Part shown: piece after piece, positions 14,822 to 23,666 of the stretch
How positions within the stretch are numbered: position 1 is the stretch's first letter
Layout: each line of letters starts with the position of its first letter
DNA from: Candidatus Woesearchaeota archaeon
GTDB taxonomy: Archaea; Nanobdellota; Nanobdellia; SCGC-AAA011-G17; JACPIM01
DNA length: 39,190 nucleotides
Direction of reading: 5' to 3'
Assembly: GCA_964603525.1 (NCBI GenBank)
Contig: CAZRVI010000002.1
Span: forward strand, 1 to 39,190
The notes under the pieces: model-generated
Seen by the model: the letters and a program-made list of their open reading frames with translations, nothing else
Database searches by the model: none
Told to the model about the DNA's origin: nothing
Made by a program: the position numbers and the translations under genes

Positions 14822-16489
14822 ATATTTGCCTAAAGCTAAACAATCAATCCCTGTTTTTCTAAAACATTTTATTGCATCACTTGGGTTACAAACAATTGGC
14901 TCACCTCTTATATTAAATGATGTATTCAATACAACACTAACCTTTGTTAATTTCTTAAATTCATTAATCAAATTCCAAAATAATGGATTGGTTTTTTTAC
15001 TAACAGTTTGCAATCTTCCAGTTCCATCAACATGTGTTACTGCTGGAATATTTTTTCTTTTTTTAGGAAGTATCTCATAAACAAACAACATATAAGGTGA
15101 AGGATAACTTAACTCAAAATATTTGTTACAGTCTTCTTCCAATATTGCAGGAGCAAAAGGCCTAAATGATTCTCTATATTTTACTTTAGCATTTATTATA
15201 TCTTTCATTTCAGCTCTTCTAGGATCTACAATTATACTTCTATTCCCTAATGCTCTTGGACCGAATTCCATTCTTCCTTGAAACCAACCCAAAATTTTTC
15301 CTTTAGCAATTAATTTAGCACATTCCTTCGCTATATCCTTACATTTAATATAATTTAAATTAAAATCATCCAATGCCTTTTTAATTTGTTTATCATTATA
15401 TTCAGGTCCTAGGTAAACATTATCCATTACATAATTTCTTGGTTTATTTAAAATTTGATTATAAATATAAAATGCAACACCTAAAGAAGTTCCCGCATCA
15501 TTCGCAGCAGGTTGAATAAATATTTCTTTAAATTTGCTTTCTTTTAGTATTTTTCCATTAGCTACGCTATTAAGTGCACATCCTCCAGCTAAACATAAAT
15601 TTTCAGATTTTGTTACCTTATAAAGATAATTTACCATATGCATTACAATATCTTCATATCTTTTCTGCAAACTTGCTGCTATGTCTTTATATTTTTCTTT
15701 TATTCCACTTTCAGGAATCCTTGCAGGACCAAATAAATCTAAAAGTTTTTTAGAATACCAAATCTTTTTACCATATTGAAAATCAAAATATTTTGTATTT
15801 ATTCTAAATTCACCATTAGGCTTTAATTTAATTAAATTTTTAAATTCTCTATAATATCTTAGTTTACCATATGGTGCTAACCCCATAACTTTCCATTCAT
15901 CATTGACTTTAAATCCCAAGTACTGTGTAATTGCAGAATAAACAAAACCAAGAGAATGTGGAAGATTTATCCTTTTAATACATTCAATTTTATTATTTTT
16001 ACCTTCTCCAAACCAAGTAGTATATATCTCTCCACAAGCATCTATTGTTAATATTGCTGCTTCTTTAAATGGAGAAACAAAAAAAGAACTTGCAGAATGA
16101 GAAGGATGGTGCTCTATATACCTAAATTTAAATTTAGGTTTTTCAATTCCAAATTTTTTCTTAATAGTTTTAACAATACCTAAAGAACTAGTTTCACTAG
16201 TCAATACACCACTTTTAAGAAGATTAAATGATTTTGGAAACAATTTTAGAAAATAGGGTACAGCAGACTTAATTCTTAACCAAGGATTATAAGAATATCC
16301 AATATAATCTATGTCATTAATAGTAATCCCAGCTTCTTTTAAGCAATATTTAATAGCATTAACTGGAAACTTTTTTGTATGTTTCTCTTTATTAAATCTT
16401 TCTTCTTCTACAGCAGCTATAATTTTTCCATCATTTATAAGACATGCTGCTGAATCATGATAAAAACAGTTTATTCCAAGTATATACAT
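14804..16489 (-). CDS. NodU/CmcH-family carbamoyltransferase
   Basis: 561 aa. The canonical N-terminus MYILGINCFYHDSAACLINDGKIIAAVEEERFNKEKH, then HHPSHSASSFF and LAGGCALNSVANGKI, and a C-terminal YrdC-like/carbamoyl-AMP part (VLNTSFNIRGEPIVCNP). Confidence 0.9.
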   Translation of the reverse strand: MYILGINCFYHDSAACLINDGKIIAAVEEERFNKEKHTKKFPVNAIKYCLKEAGITINDIDYIGYSYNPWLRIKSAVPYFLKLFPKSFNLLKSGVLTSETSSLGIVKTIKKKFGIEKPKFKFRYIEHHPSHSASSFFVSPFKEAAILTIDACGEIYTTWFGEGKNNKIECIKRINLPHSLGFVYSAITQYLGFKVNDEWKVMGLAPYGKLRYYREFKNLIKLKPNGEFRINTKYFDFQYGKKIWYSKKLLDLFGPARIPESGIKEKYKDIAASLQKRYEDIVMHMVNYLYKVTKSENLCLAGGCALNSVANGKILKESKFKEIFIQPAANDAGTSLGVAFYIYNQILNKPRNYVMDNVYLGPEYNDKQIKKALDDFNLNYIKCKDIAKECAKLIAKGKILGWFQGRMEFGPRALGNRSIIVDPRRAEMKDIINAKVKYRESFRPFAPAILEEDCNKYFELSYPSPYMLFVYEILPKKRKNIPAVTHVDGTGRLQTVSKKTNPLFWNLINEFKKLTKVSVVLNTSFNIRGEPIVCNPSDAIKCFRKTGIDCLALGKYLVVKQ

Positions 16490-16551
16490 TTTAACTTTAA
16501 TGGTTTTTAAAATAATTTAATAAATTTTTCTATATAGGAATATATAGTATA

Positions 16552-16899
16552 CTAACCAACAAATCCAATTAAACTAATACCCATAATAATTAATAAAATC
16601 CCAATCCATTTTAATTTATTCATTCTTTCATTTAAAAATTTAATTGAAAATATAGAAATCCAGATATAGCTTGAAGAAACTATTGGATATAATATAGAAA
16701 CTTCAACAAACTTTAATAAATATACAAAAATTAAAGCACTAATTCCATATCCAAACAAAGCAAAAATTAATTTATAATTCTTAATAGTCCCCCTAATAGA
16801 AAATCTAAATCTTCTGGAAGCTTGTTTAAATAGGATTGATACATATGCACCAAATATTGAAAATAACAATACTATTATAATAGCTAAAGATTTATGCAT
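16552..16899 (-). CDS. small 4-TM DMT/SMR-like (EamA-type) membrane protein, ArnE/ArnF-like
   Basis: Four hydrophobic segments. The ATG at 16897-16899 is preferred over the track TTG at 16917 because GGAGGT (16904-16909) precedes it. It overlaps the upstream paralog by 8 nt. Confidence 0.6.
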   Translation of the reverse strand: MHKSLAIIIVLLFSIFGAYVSILFKQASRRFRFSIRGTIKNYKLIFALFGYGISALIFVYLLKFVEVSILYPIVSSSYIWISIFSIKFLNERMNKLKWIGILLIIMGISLIGFVG

Positions 16900-17251
16900 T
16901 CTTACCTCCCACACCAATAAAGCTTACTCCTAGTATAATTAATAGAATACCAATAACTTTAAATGAAGTTATAATCTCACTAAAAATTAAAAAACTTAAA
17001 ATCATTACCCAAATATAACTAGTAGCAAAAAAAGGATATAAAGTAGATAAATCCCCTTTTTTCAAAGCTAAAATAAATAATAAAGCTCCAAAAGCATAAC
17101 ACAAAAACCCAAATACTACAAAATAATTCTGAATTAATAACAAAGGATTAAATGAAAATTTAACAGAACCGAATTTAAATAGAATCTGTGCTAGTGAAGT
17201 TAAAGCTGTGCAAATAATAATTAAAATTATAGCCTTAGTGCTTGTACTCAT
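16892..17251 (-). CDS. small 4-TM DMT/SMR-like (EamA-type) membrane protein, ArnE/ArnF-like (paired with 16552-16899)
   Basis: 119 aa with four TM segments. LAQILFKFG...LSTLYPF..SYIWVMILSFLIFSE.I....IGILLIILGV is typical of small multidrug-resistance-like/EamA half-transporters. Confidence 0.6.
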   Translation of the reverse strand: MSTSTKAIILIIICTALTSLAQILFKFGSVKFSFNPLLLIQNYFVVFGFLCYAFGALLFILALKKGDLSTLYPFFATSYIWVMILSFLIFSEIITSFKVIGILLIILGVSFIGVGGKNA

Positions 17252-17274
17252 AAATTTTTCAAAACAACAAAAAC

Positions 17275-17282
17275 TATATAAA
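17275..17282. promoter_or_regulatory. single TATA element shared by divergent units (DMT pair on the minus strand; SpoIIM-like + aglB on the plus strand)
   Basis: TATATAAA (TTTATATA on the minus strand) is centred 27.5 nt from the minus-strand ATG (17249-17251) and 26.5 nt from the plus-strand ATG (17305). Purine-rich stretches flank both sides (CAAAAAC and, on the minus strand, CAAAGAG). Confidence 0.45.
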
Positions 17283-17304
17283 CTCTTTGATAATTAAAAT
17301 TTAT

Positions 17305-18162
17305 ATGGTCCTAGAATCACTAACAACACCTTTTAAAGCAAAAAAGCATCCAACAGAGATGTTCTTTTTTGGATTATTATTTGCTTCTATAGCAATGTTT
17401 CTTGGTTTATGGATTTTTAAAGATCAAGTAAGTCTGGTAATGGTTTTTTTAACAGTTATGATAGCAGTGCCTTTAATGTATTTAACTATGAAACATGAAG
17501 AACAAAAAGATATAGAAATTCACTCTGAAAAATTATTATTAAAAGAACATTCAAGAGTTTTATCATTTTTTATTTTTTTATTTCTAGGTATAACTATAGC
17601 GTTTTCCTTATGGTACTTATTTCTGCCACACAGTTTAACAAATTCTGTTTTTAATACACAAATTCAAACTATTAAAGCTATCAACTCTAGAATTACAGGA
17701 TTAGCAGTAGGTTCAATAACAGCTTCAGATGCATTCTGTCAAATATTCTCAAATAATATTAAAGTATTGCTTTTCTGTATATTTTTCTCATTCTTCTTTG
17801 GTGCAGGAGCAATTTTTATTTTAACCTGGAATGCTTCAGTAATTGCTGCAGCAATTGGTAGTTTTTTCAAAAACAATATAGTAAGTAATTCATTAACAGG
17901 CATTACAAGATTTGGAGGGTATTTCCATATATTTTCTATTAGCATATTAAGGTACTTTATCCATGGTATACCAGAAATTCTTGGTTATTTTACTGCAGGA
18001 TTAGCAGGAGGAATTATTTCAGTAGCAGTTATAAGACATGATTTTGGAACAAAAACTTTTAAACACATATTATATGACTCTTTAGATTTAATTATTATAT
18101 CAGTAGCATTAATTTTTATTGCAGCATTGTTAGAAGTGTTTGTAACTCCAATATTCTTTTAA
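17305..18162 (+). CDS. SpoIIM-like (DUF95) integral membrane protein
   Basis: FSNNIKVLLFCIFFSFFFGAGAIFILTWNASVIAAAIG and HGIPEILGYFTAGLAGG match the stage II sporulation protein M/DUF95 pattern. The ATG at 17305 is preferred over the track TTG at 17287 (TATA spacing). The stop lies 1 nt before the aglB ATG. Confidence 0.6.
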   Translation: MVLESLTTPFKAKKHPTEMFFFGLLFASIAMFLGLWIFKDQVSLVMVFLTVMIAVPLMYLTMKHEEQKDIEIHSEKLLLKEHSRVLSFFIFLFLGITIAFSLWYLFLPHSLTNSVFNTQIQTIKAINSRITGLAVGSITASDAFCQIFSNNIKVLLFCIFFSFFFGAGAIFILTWNASVIAAAIGSFFKNNIVSNSLTGITRFGGYFHIFSISILRYFIHGIPEILGYFTAGLAGGIISVAVIRHDFGTKTFKHILYDSLDLIIISVALIFIAALLEVFVTPIFF

Positions 18163-18163
18163 A

Positions 18164-20755
18164 ATGGAAGAATTAGAAAAAAGAAAACAAAAAATATTAG
18201 AATATTTTAAAATTAAAAAAAATTGGATAATTTATCTAATTCTTGCTTTTATTATCTGGTTAAGTGCATTTATAAGAACAAGAAATTTAGTTCATTTAAA
18301 AGGAAAATATCTTTTAGCCCTTGATCCTTATGTATTCTATAGATATGCATCTTATATTGTTGAACATGGGACTTTAATGGCAATAGACACAATGCGTAAT
18401 GTTCCTTTAGGTATTAATACCGGAAATGAAAACATACTTGTAGCATACATTATTGCTTACCTATACAAATTCCTTAATCTATTTATTCCAATGACTTTAA
18501 TGCAATTTGATATCATATATCCAGTTATATTTTTTAGTTTATCTTTAATTGTTTTCTTTCTATTAACAAAAGAATTATTTAATAAAAAAGTAGCGATTCT
18601 TTCTACTCTGTTTTTTGCTGTGATACCAGCTTTTTTATATAGAACAATGTCAGGATTTTCAGAAAAAGAACCTATTGGAATATTTTTTATGTTCCTAGCT
18701 TTTTATTTTTGGATTAAATCTTTTAAATCAATTGAACTAAAAAGAAAATTAATTTTTGCTTCTTTATCAGGAATTTCTACAGGTTTAATGGGTTTAGTAT
18801 GGGGAGGTGTAGGTTTCGTTTTAATTATAATTCCAACTTTTGTATTAGTTGAATTCTTTTTAAATAAACTCAAAAAGCAAGATATTTATGCATATTTTTC
18901 ATGGTTCATCTTGTTTTTAATTTTATTATTTCCCTCACAAAGATATTCTTTATCAGCTCTAATAGAATCCTTTTCTACAGGTTTAGGTTTTCTTGTAGCT
19001 TTTATTTTAATAATAAATTTTATACTTTCTCTAACCTATTTTCAAAATATAAAGAAAAGAATCAATCTACCACACAACATTATTAGTCTAATAATAGCTC
19101 TAATTTTAATAATTATAATTTTATCTTTTCTACAAAATCCTTTTTTTATAATAGATAAATTAAACAAAATAAAATCAGATTTTTTACATCCTATGGGGGG
19201 TTCAAGATTTGAGTTAACAGTAGCAGAAGCACATCAACCATACTTCACTCATTGGAAATCAGAATTTCATCTATTTTTTTATTATTTTTTAATTGGTTCT
19301 ATTTTCTTATTTTATAAATTAGTCAAACCATTAAAAAAATATAAATATCTTTTTACAATTTCTTATTTCCTATTTATTTTAGCATTTATTTATAGTAGAT
19401 ATTCTCCTAATTCGATCTTAAATGGCGAAAATCCACTCTCAGTTTTTCTTTATTTGGGTTCTTTAATCATTTTCATATTTTTAATTTTTATAGTATATCT
19501 TTATACTTATTATAAAGATAAAGAAGCTCATAATTCTTTAATCAGATTAAAAAGTACATATGTTTTTATTCTTATTTGGTTTATATTAATGATAGTGGCT
19601 GCAAGAGGTGCTCTAAGATTAATTATGATGCTTGTTCCTGTAGCTACTATATTAGTTTCTTTTTTAATTTTTGAGGTTATGAAGTACGGGTTAACTCTGA
19701 AAAAAAATTATCAAAAATTACTTTGTTGGTTCTTTATAGTTTTAATAATACTTTTGCCTGTAAAGGGAAGTTTTATCTATTTTTTAAAAACAAATTATGC
19801 CCAAGCAAAAGCAACAGGTCCCAGCTTTAATATTCAATGGCAACAAGCAATGGAATGGGTTAAAAATAATACTTCAGATGATGCAGTATTTGCTCATTGG
19901 TGGGATTATGGATACTGGGTACAAACAATGGGTAATAGAGCAACAATAACTGATGGAGGAAATATGATTACCCCTTGGAATCATTTTATGGGGCGTCATG
20001 TTTTAACTGGAAAAAATTCAACAGAGGCTTTAGAATTTCTAAAAACACATAACGCCTCTTACTTATTAATAATAGCAGATGAAATTGGAAAATACCCTGC
20101 ATATTCAAGCATAGGTTCAGATATTAACTATGATAGATATTCTTATATTCCAACATTTACTCTTAATCCTAAAGATGTACGAGAAACAAGAAATGAAACT
20201 TTATTATTATATAGAGGATCTTTTATTCTTGATGAAGATTTAATTTACCAAAACAAATTATTTCCTAAAAATAATGCTGTAATTGCAGGAATAATACTCC
20301 CTATCCCTGCTATTAATTCTAATAATTCTACAAATATTAATATGGCCCAACCAACAGCAATTTTATTCTATCAAGGACAACAAACAAATATTCCTCTTGA
20401 GTGTGTGTTTTTAAATGGAAAAGAACATAATTATAATAAAGAGGGATTAAAAGGGTGTTTTAGAATTATACCTACAATAGAACAAAATAATCAAGTTAAC
20501 CCTTTAGGAGCGGGTCTTTATTTATCAGAAAAAGTTAGAAATACCTTATTTACGCAAATGTTCTTATTTGATAAAAACTGGAAAGGTTTTAAAAAAGTTT
20601 ATGATGACTCATCTTTTGGTTATCAACTAGCATTTTATAAACCATTTGGAAGACTAGTTGGTCCACTAAAAATCTGGAAGATTTCTTACCCTTCTGATAT
20701 TAAAATAAAAGAAAAATATCTAAGTATATTTTATCCAGAAGGTATACCAGATTAA
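18164..20755 (+). CDS. aglB: archaeal oligosaccharyltransferase AglB (STT3 family)
   Basis: 863 aa with a 13-TM-like N-terminal half. First-loop acidic motif LALDPYVFYRY (D54, 18323-18325). TVAE (a TIXE-type EL5 motif, 19217-19228). WWDYGYW (W579-G583, 19898-19912). Large C-terminal soluble domain. Confidence 0.95.
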   Translation: MEELEKRKQKILEYFKIKKNWIIYLILAFIIWLSAFIRTRNLVHLKGKYLLALDPYVFYRYASYIVEHGTLMAIDTMRNVPLGINTGNENILVAYIIAYLYKFLNLFIPMTLMQFDIIYPVIFFSLSLIVFFLLTKELFNKKVAILSTLFFAVIPAFLYRTMSGFSEKEPIGIFFMFLAFYFWIKSFKSIELKRKLIFASLSGISTGLMGLVWGGVGFVLIIIPTFVLVEFFLNKLKKQDIYAYFSWFILFLILLFPSQRYSLSALIESFSTGLGFLVAFILIINFILSLTYFQNIKKRINLPHNIISLIIALILIIIILSFLQNPFFIIDKLNKIKSDFLHPMGGSRFELTVAEAHQPYFTHWKSEFHLFFYYFLIGSIFLFYKLVKPLKKYKYLFTISYFLFILAFIYSRYSPNSILNGENPLSVFLYLGSLIIFIFLIFIVYLYTYYKDKEAHNSLIRLKSTYVFILIWFILMIVAARGALRLIMMLVPVATILVSFLIFEVMKYGLTLKKNYQKLLCWFFIVLIILLPVKGSFIYFLKTNYAQAKATGPSFNIQWQQAMEWVKNNTSDDAVFAHWWDYGYWVQTMGNRATITDGGNMITPWNHFMGRHVLTGKNSTEALEFLKTHNASYLLIIADEIGKYPAYSSIGSDINYDRYSYIPTFTLNPKDVRETRNETLLLYRGSFILDEDLIYQNKLFPKNNAVIAGIILPIPAINSNNSTNINMAQPTAILFYQGQQTNIPLECVFLNGKEHNYNKEGLKGCFRIIPTIEQNNQVNPLGAGLYLSEKVRNTLFTQMFLFDKNWKGFKKVYDDSSFGYQLAFYKPFGRLVGPLKIWKISYPSDIKIKEKYLSIFYPEGIPD

Positions 20756-20792
20756 TAGATATTGATAATATATAAAAAGTACAAAAAATAGA

Positions 20793-20800
20793 TTTATAAA
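20793..20800 (+). promoter_or_regulatory. TATA-box candidate upstream of the GPT (aglH-like) gene
   Basis: TTTATAAA centred ~32 nt upstream of the ATG at 20829, in the 73-nt aglB-aglH gap. Confidence 0.3.
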
Positions 20801-20828
20801 TTCTTAATTTCTCTTAAATTTGATTAAA

Positions 20829-21812
20829 ATGGAATATCGTTTATTAATTGTTCCTTTACTAAGTTTCATTGTAACTTATTTTGCAACTAGGACTTGGATT
20901 AAAATAGCAAAAAAAGAAAATTTCTTAGTTAAAGATATGAATAAATATAATTCTCCAAAAATACCGGGATATGGGGGAATAGCAGTATTATTTGGATTTT
21001 GTATGGGTATATTTTTTTATATAGCACTCTCTATATTTTATTTTAAAAGAACAATTCATTTAGTTGAAATTTTTGCATTATTAACAACAATTCTTATTAT
21101 TGCTTTTATAGGTATGCTAGATGATACTCTTGGATGGAAAAGAGGTTTAAAAAAATGGCAAAAACCCTTGTTAACAATACCAGCAGCAATACCTTTAATG
21201 GCTATTAATGCTGGATTTACAAGGATTTATGTTCCTTTTTTAGGACCAATCAATATAGGTTTATTATACCCTCTAATTTTAATTCCATTAGGTATTATTG
21301 GAGCTTCTCAAGGTTTTAACATGCTTGCAGGCTTAAATGGATTAGAAGCAGGTCTAGCTTCCATTATTTTATTTACATTAGGATTTATATCTTGGCAAAA
21401 CAATGAACCATGGATAGCTTTAATTTGCTTATCTATAGTTGTTTCATTAATCGCTTTCTGGTTCTTTAATAAATACCCTGCAAAAGTTTTTTCAGGTGAT
21501 GTTTTAAGATATCCATTAGGTGCTATAATAGCAGGCATAGCTATTCTTGGAAACATAGAAAAAGCAGCATTAATTTTGTTTATTCCATACTTCCTAGAAT
21601 TTTTTATTAAACTTAAAAATAAATTTAAAACAGAATGTTTTTTAATACCTCAAAAAGACAATTCTTTAAAACCTCCAGAAAAAATTGGTTCTTTAACCCA
21701 TATTATTGCTAAATTATTAAATAAAATTAAAAATAAAGTATATGAAAATGATATAGTTTACTCATTATATTGTTTTGAATTAGTATTAGCTATTATTGTT
21801 TTGCACTTGTAA
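20829..21812 (+). CDS. aglH: UDP-GlcNAc:dolichyl-phosphate GlcNAc-1-phosphate transferase (AglH/Alg7-type polyprenyl-phosphate HexNAc-1-P transferase)
   Basis: About 10 TM segments. MLDDTLGWKRGLKKWQK and NMLAGLNGLEAGLA are the eukaryote/archaeal-type version of the MraY/WecA-family motifs. FSGDVLRYPLGA is also present. The track start is TTG 20820; ATG 20829 is preferred. Confidence 0.8.
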   Translation: MEYRLLIVPLLSFIVTYFATRTWIKIAKKENFLVKDMNKYNSPKIPGYGGIAVLFGFCMGIFFYIALSIFYFKRTIHLVEIFALLTTILIIAFIGMLDDTLGWKRGLKKWQKPLLTIPAAIPLMAINAGFTRIYVPFLGPINIGLLYPLILIPLGIIGASQGFNMLAGLNGLEAGLASIILFTLGFISWQNNEPWIALICLSIVVSLIAFWFFNKYPAKVFSGDVLRYPLGAIIAGIAILGNIEKAALILFIPYFLEFFIKLKNKFKTECFLIPQKDNSLKPPEKIGSLTHIIAKLLNKIKNKVYENDIVYSLYCFELVLAIIVLHL

Positions 21813-21838
21813 TTATAAATCTAAACATAAAATAAAAA

Positions 21839-22807
21839 ATGAATCTCAAAAAAATTTTACCTTTTATAGGACTTTCAATTCTTTTTTTAATAATTTATAG
21901 AATAGGAATTAATAAAATTATTTTATCTTTAACCCAACCAAAGATTCCTTATTTAATTCTAGCATTAGTTCTTTCTTTTCTATCTATATTTGCACTTTCA
22001 TTTAAATGGTCTTTAATCCTTAAAAAACAAGGAATTAATCTTAACTATCTTTATTTAACTAAACTTTATTTTATAGGTTTATTCTATGGAACAATAACAC
22101 CTGCAAGAGCTGGTTCTTTAATCAGAGCTTATTACCTCAAAAATAAAATTAAAAAACCATTTGGTGAATGCGCTTCTTCAATAGTACTAGAAAGAGTTTT
22201 TGATTTATCAGTTATATTTATACTAGCTATAGCAGGCTGTTTATTATTAATTAATTATTTAACAACAAAAACTTTGCTTTATATTATAATAGCTTTTTTA
22301 ATTTTTATTGGTTTATTCGTATTTTTTATTAACAAAAAAAGAACAAAATTTATTTTTAAATTTATATATACTTTTTTAACTCCTAAAAAATTCAAAACTT
22401 TAATTAAAGATTCCTATGATTCTTTTTATACTAATATACCAAAATTTAATTCATTAATATTTCCTTTTCTATTTACTTTTATAAATTGGATTTTAGTATA
22501 TATGGTAAGTTATATAGTAGCTAAATCATTATCTATTAATATTCCTATTTATTACTTTATACCTATATATGCATTCTCAACAATTATTGCAATAATACCT
22601 ATAACTATAGCAGGACTAGGAACAAGAGAACTAACTTTAATTAGTTTATTTTCTATTTTTAATATTTTACCAGAGAAAGTAATAGCGTTATCTTTATTAA
22701 GTTTGATAATATCTTTATTTCCTATTACTTTGGGTTTTATATTTTCATTAAGGATTAAGGGTAAGAAAAATGAAATTTTCATTAATAATTCCAGTAGCAC
22801 CATATAG
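21839..22807 (+). CDS. UPF0104 / lysylphosphatidylglycerol-synthase-TM-region-like flippase-like membrane protein
   Basis: 322 aa with about 8 TM segments. The LYFIGLFYGTITPARAGSLIRAYYL motif (P-x-x-x-G...R) is characteristic of the family. It overlaps the downstream GT2 by 38 nt. Confidence 0.55.
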   Translation: MNLKKILPFIGLSILFLIIYRIGINKIILSLTQPKIPYLILALVLSFLSIFALSFKWSLILKKQGINLNYLYLTKLYFIGLFYGTITPARAGSLIRAYYLKNKIKKPFGECASSIVLERVFDLSVIFILAIAGCLLLINYLTTKTLLYIIIAFLIFIGLFVFFINKKRTKFIFKFIYTFLTPKKFKTLIKDSYDSFYTNIPKFNSLIFPFLFTFINWILVYMVSYIVAKSLSINIPIYYFIPIYAFSTIIAIIPITIAGLGTRELTLISLFSIFNILPEKVIALSLLSLIISLFPITLGFIFSLRIKGKKNEIFINNSSSTI

Positions 22808-23666
22808 AACAGCTCCAATTTTAAAATATATTAAAAATTTAGATTATCCTAAAGAGAACTATGAAGTTATAGTAGAATATGGAACAAATGCATCAGAAAA
22901 TCGTAATAAAGGAATACAAAAAGCAAAATATGATATTTTATGTTTCCTTGATGATGATGCTGAACTTCCTAAAGATTATTTAAAAAACATAGAGAAATTC
23001 TTTAAAAAATATCCAGAAATAGATGTTGTTGGAGGTCCACAACTAACACCAAAATCAGATCCTTTCTTTGCTAAAGTTTCTGGTTATATTTTATCATCTT
23101 TCCTAGGAACACATAAAATGAGTAACAGATATAAAAAAGGAAAATTAAATTTAGATGCAGATGAATCTTATTTAACATCAGCAAATTTAATCATTAAAAA
23201 ATCTGTTTTTAAGAAAACATCTAAATTTAACCCCGAACTTTGGGGAGGAGAAGATCCCGAACTAATACGCAGATTAAAAAAACTAGGGTTTAAAATAGCA
23301 TATTCTCCACAAATAATATTTTATCATAAAAGAAGACCAACATTCAAAGAATTCTGTAAACAATTTTTTCATTATGGCAAAGGATACGTTAATTACAAAA
23401 TGAGAACTTTGGGGGAAAGACCATCTTTATTGCATTTAATTCCAACAATTTTTATATTTTATTTAATATTGTTACCTTTTTTATATTATAATAATCCTTT
23501 ATTTGCAATACCTTTTATAGTTTATACCATCACTACTTTAGTATACTCTATTCTAATAATTAAATCTACTCATCATTATTCAGCATTCCCTTACTTACCC
23601 TTTTTATTTTTTGCAATACATATTTCATATGGTTTAGGCTTATTCAGGGGTTTAATTAAAAAATGA
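22770..23666 (+). CDS. GT2-family glycosyltransferase with C-terminal TM helices (polyprenol-phosphate hexose synthase-like, GtrB/AglD/AglJ-type)
   Basis: FSLIIPVAPYR, FLDDDAELP (DxD), GGEDPEL, then about 3 TM segments (LLHLIPTIFIFYLILLPFLYY...FFAIHISYGLGLF). Confidence 0.8.
   Translation: MKFSLIIPVAPYRTAPILKYIKNLDYPKENYEVIVEYGTNASENRNKGIQKAKYDILCFLDDDAELPKDYLKNIEKFFKKYPEIDVVGGPQLTPKSDPFFAKVSGYILSSFLGTHKMSNRYKKGKLNLDADESYLTSANLIIKKSVFKKTSKFNPELWGGEDPELIRRLKKLGFKIAYSPQIIFYHKRRPTFKEFCKQFFHYGKGYVNYKMRTLGERPSLLHLIPTIFIFYLILLPFLYYNNPLFAIPFIVYTITTLVYSILIIKSTHHYSAFPYLPFLFFAIHISYGLGLFRGLIKK

Noticed and set aside
14826-15080. 84-aa plus-strand ORF inside the carbamoyltransferase gene
   Set aside because: Antisense shadow ORF.
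17739-19086. Short ORFs 17739-17945 (-) and 18901-19086 (+) within the SpoIIM-like and aglB genes
   Set aside because: One is an antisense shadow and the other an alternative-frame shadow of genes with strong family motifs.
21308-22818. Minus-strand ORFs 21308-21556 and 22552-22818
   Set aside because: They are antisense to the GPT and the UPF0104/GT2 genes and have no supporting signals.
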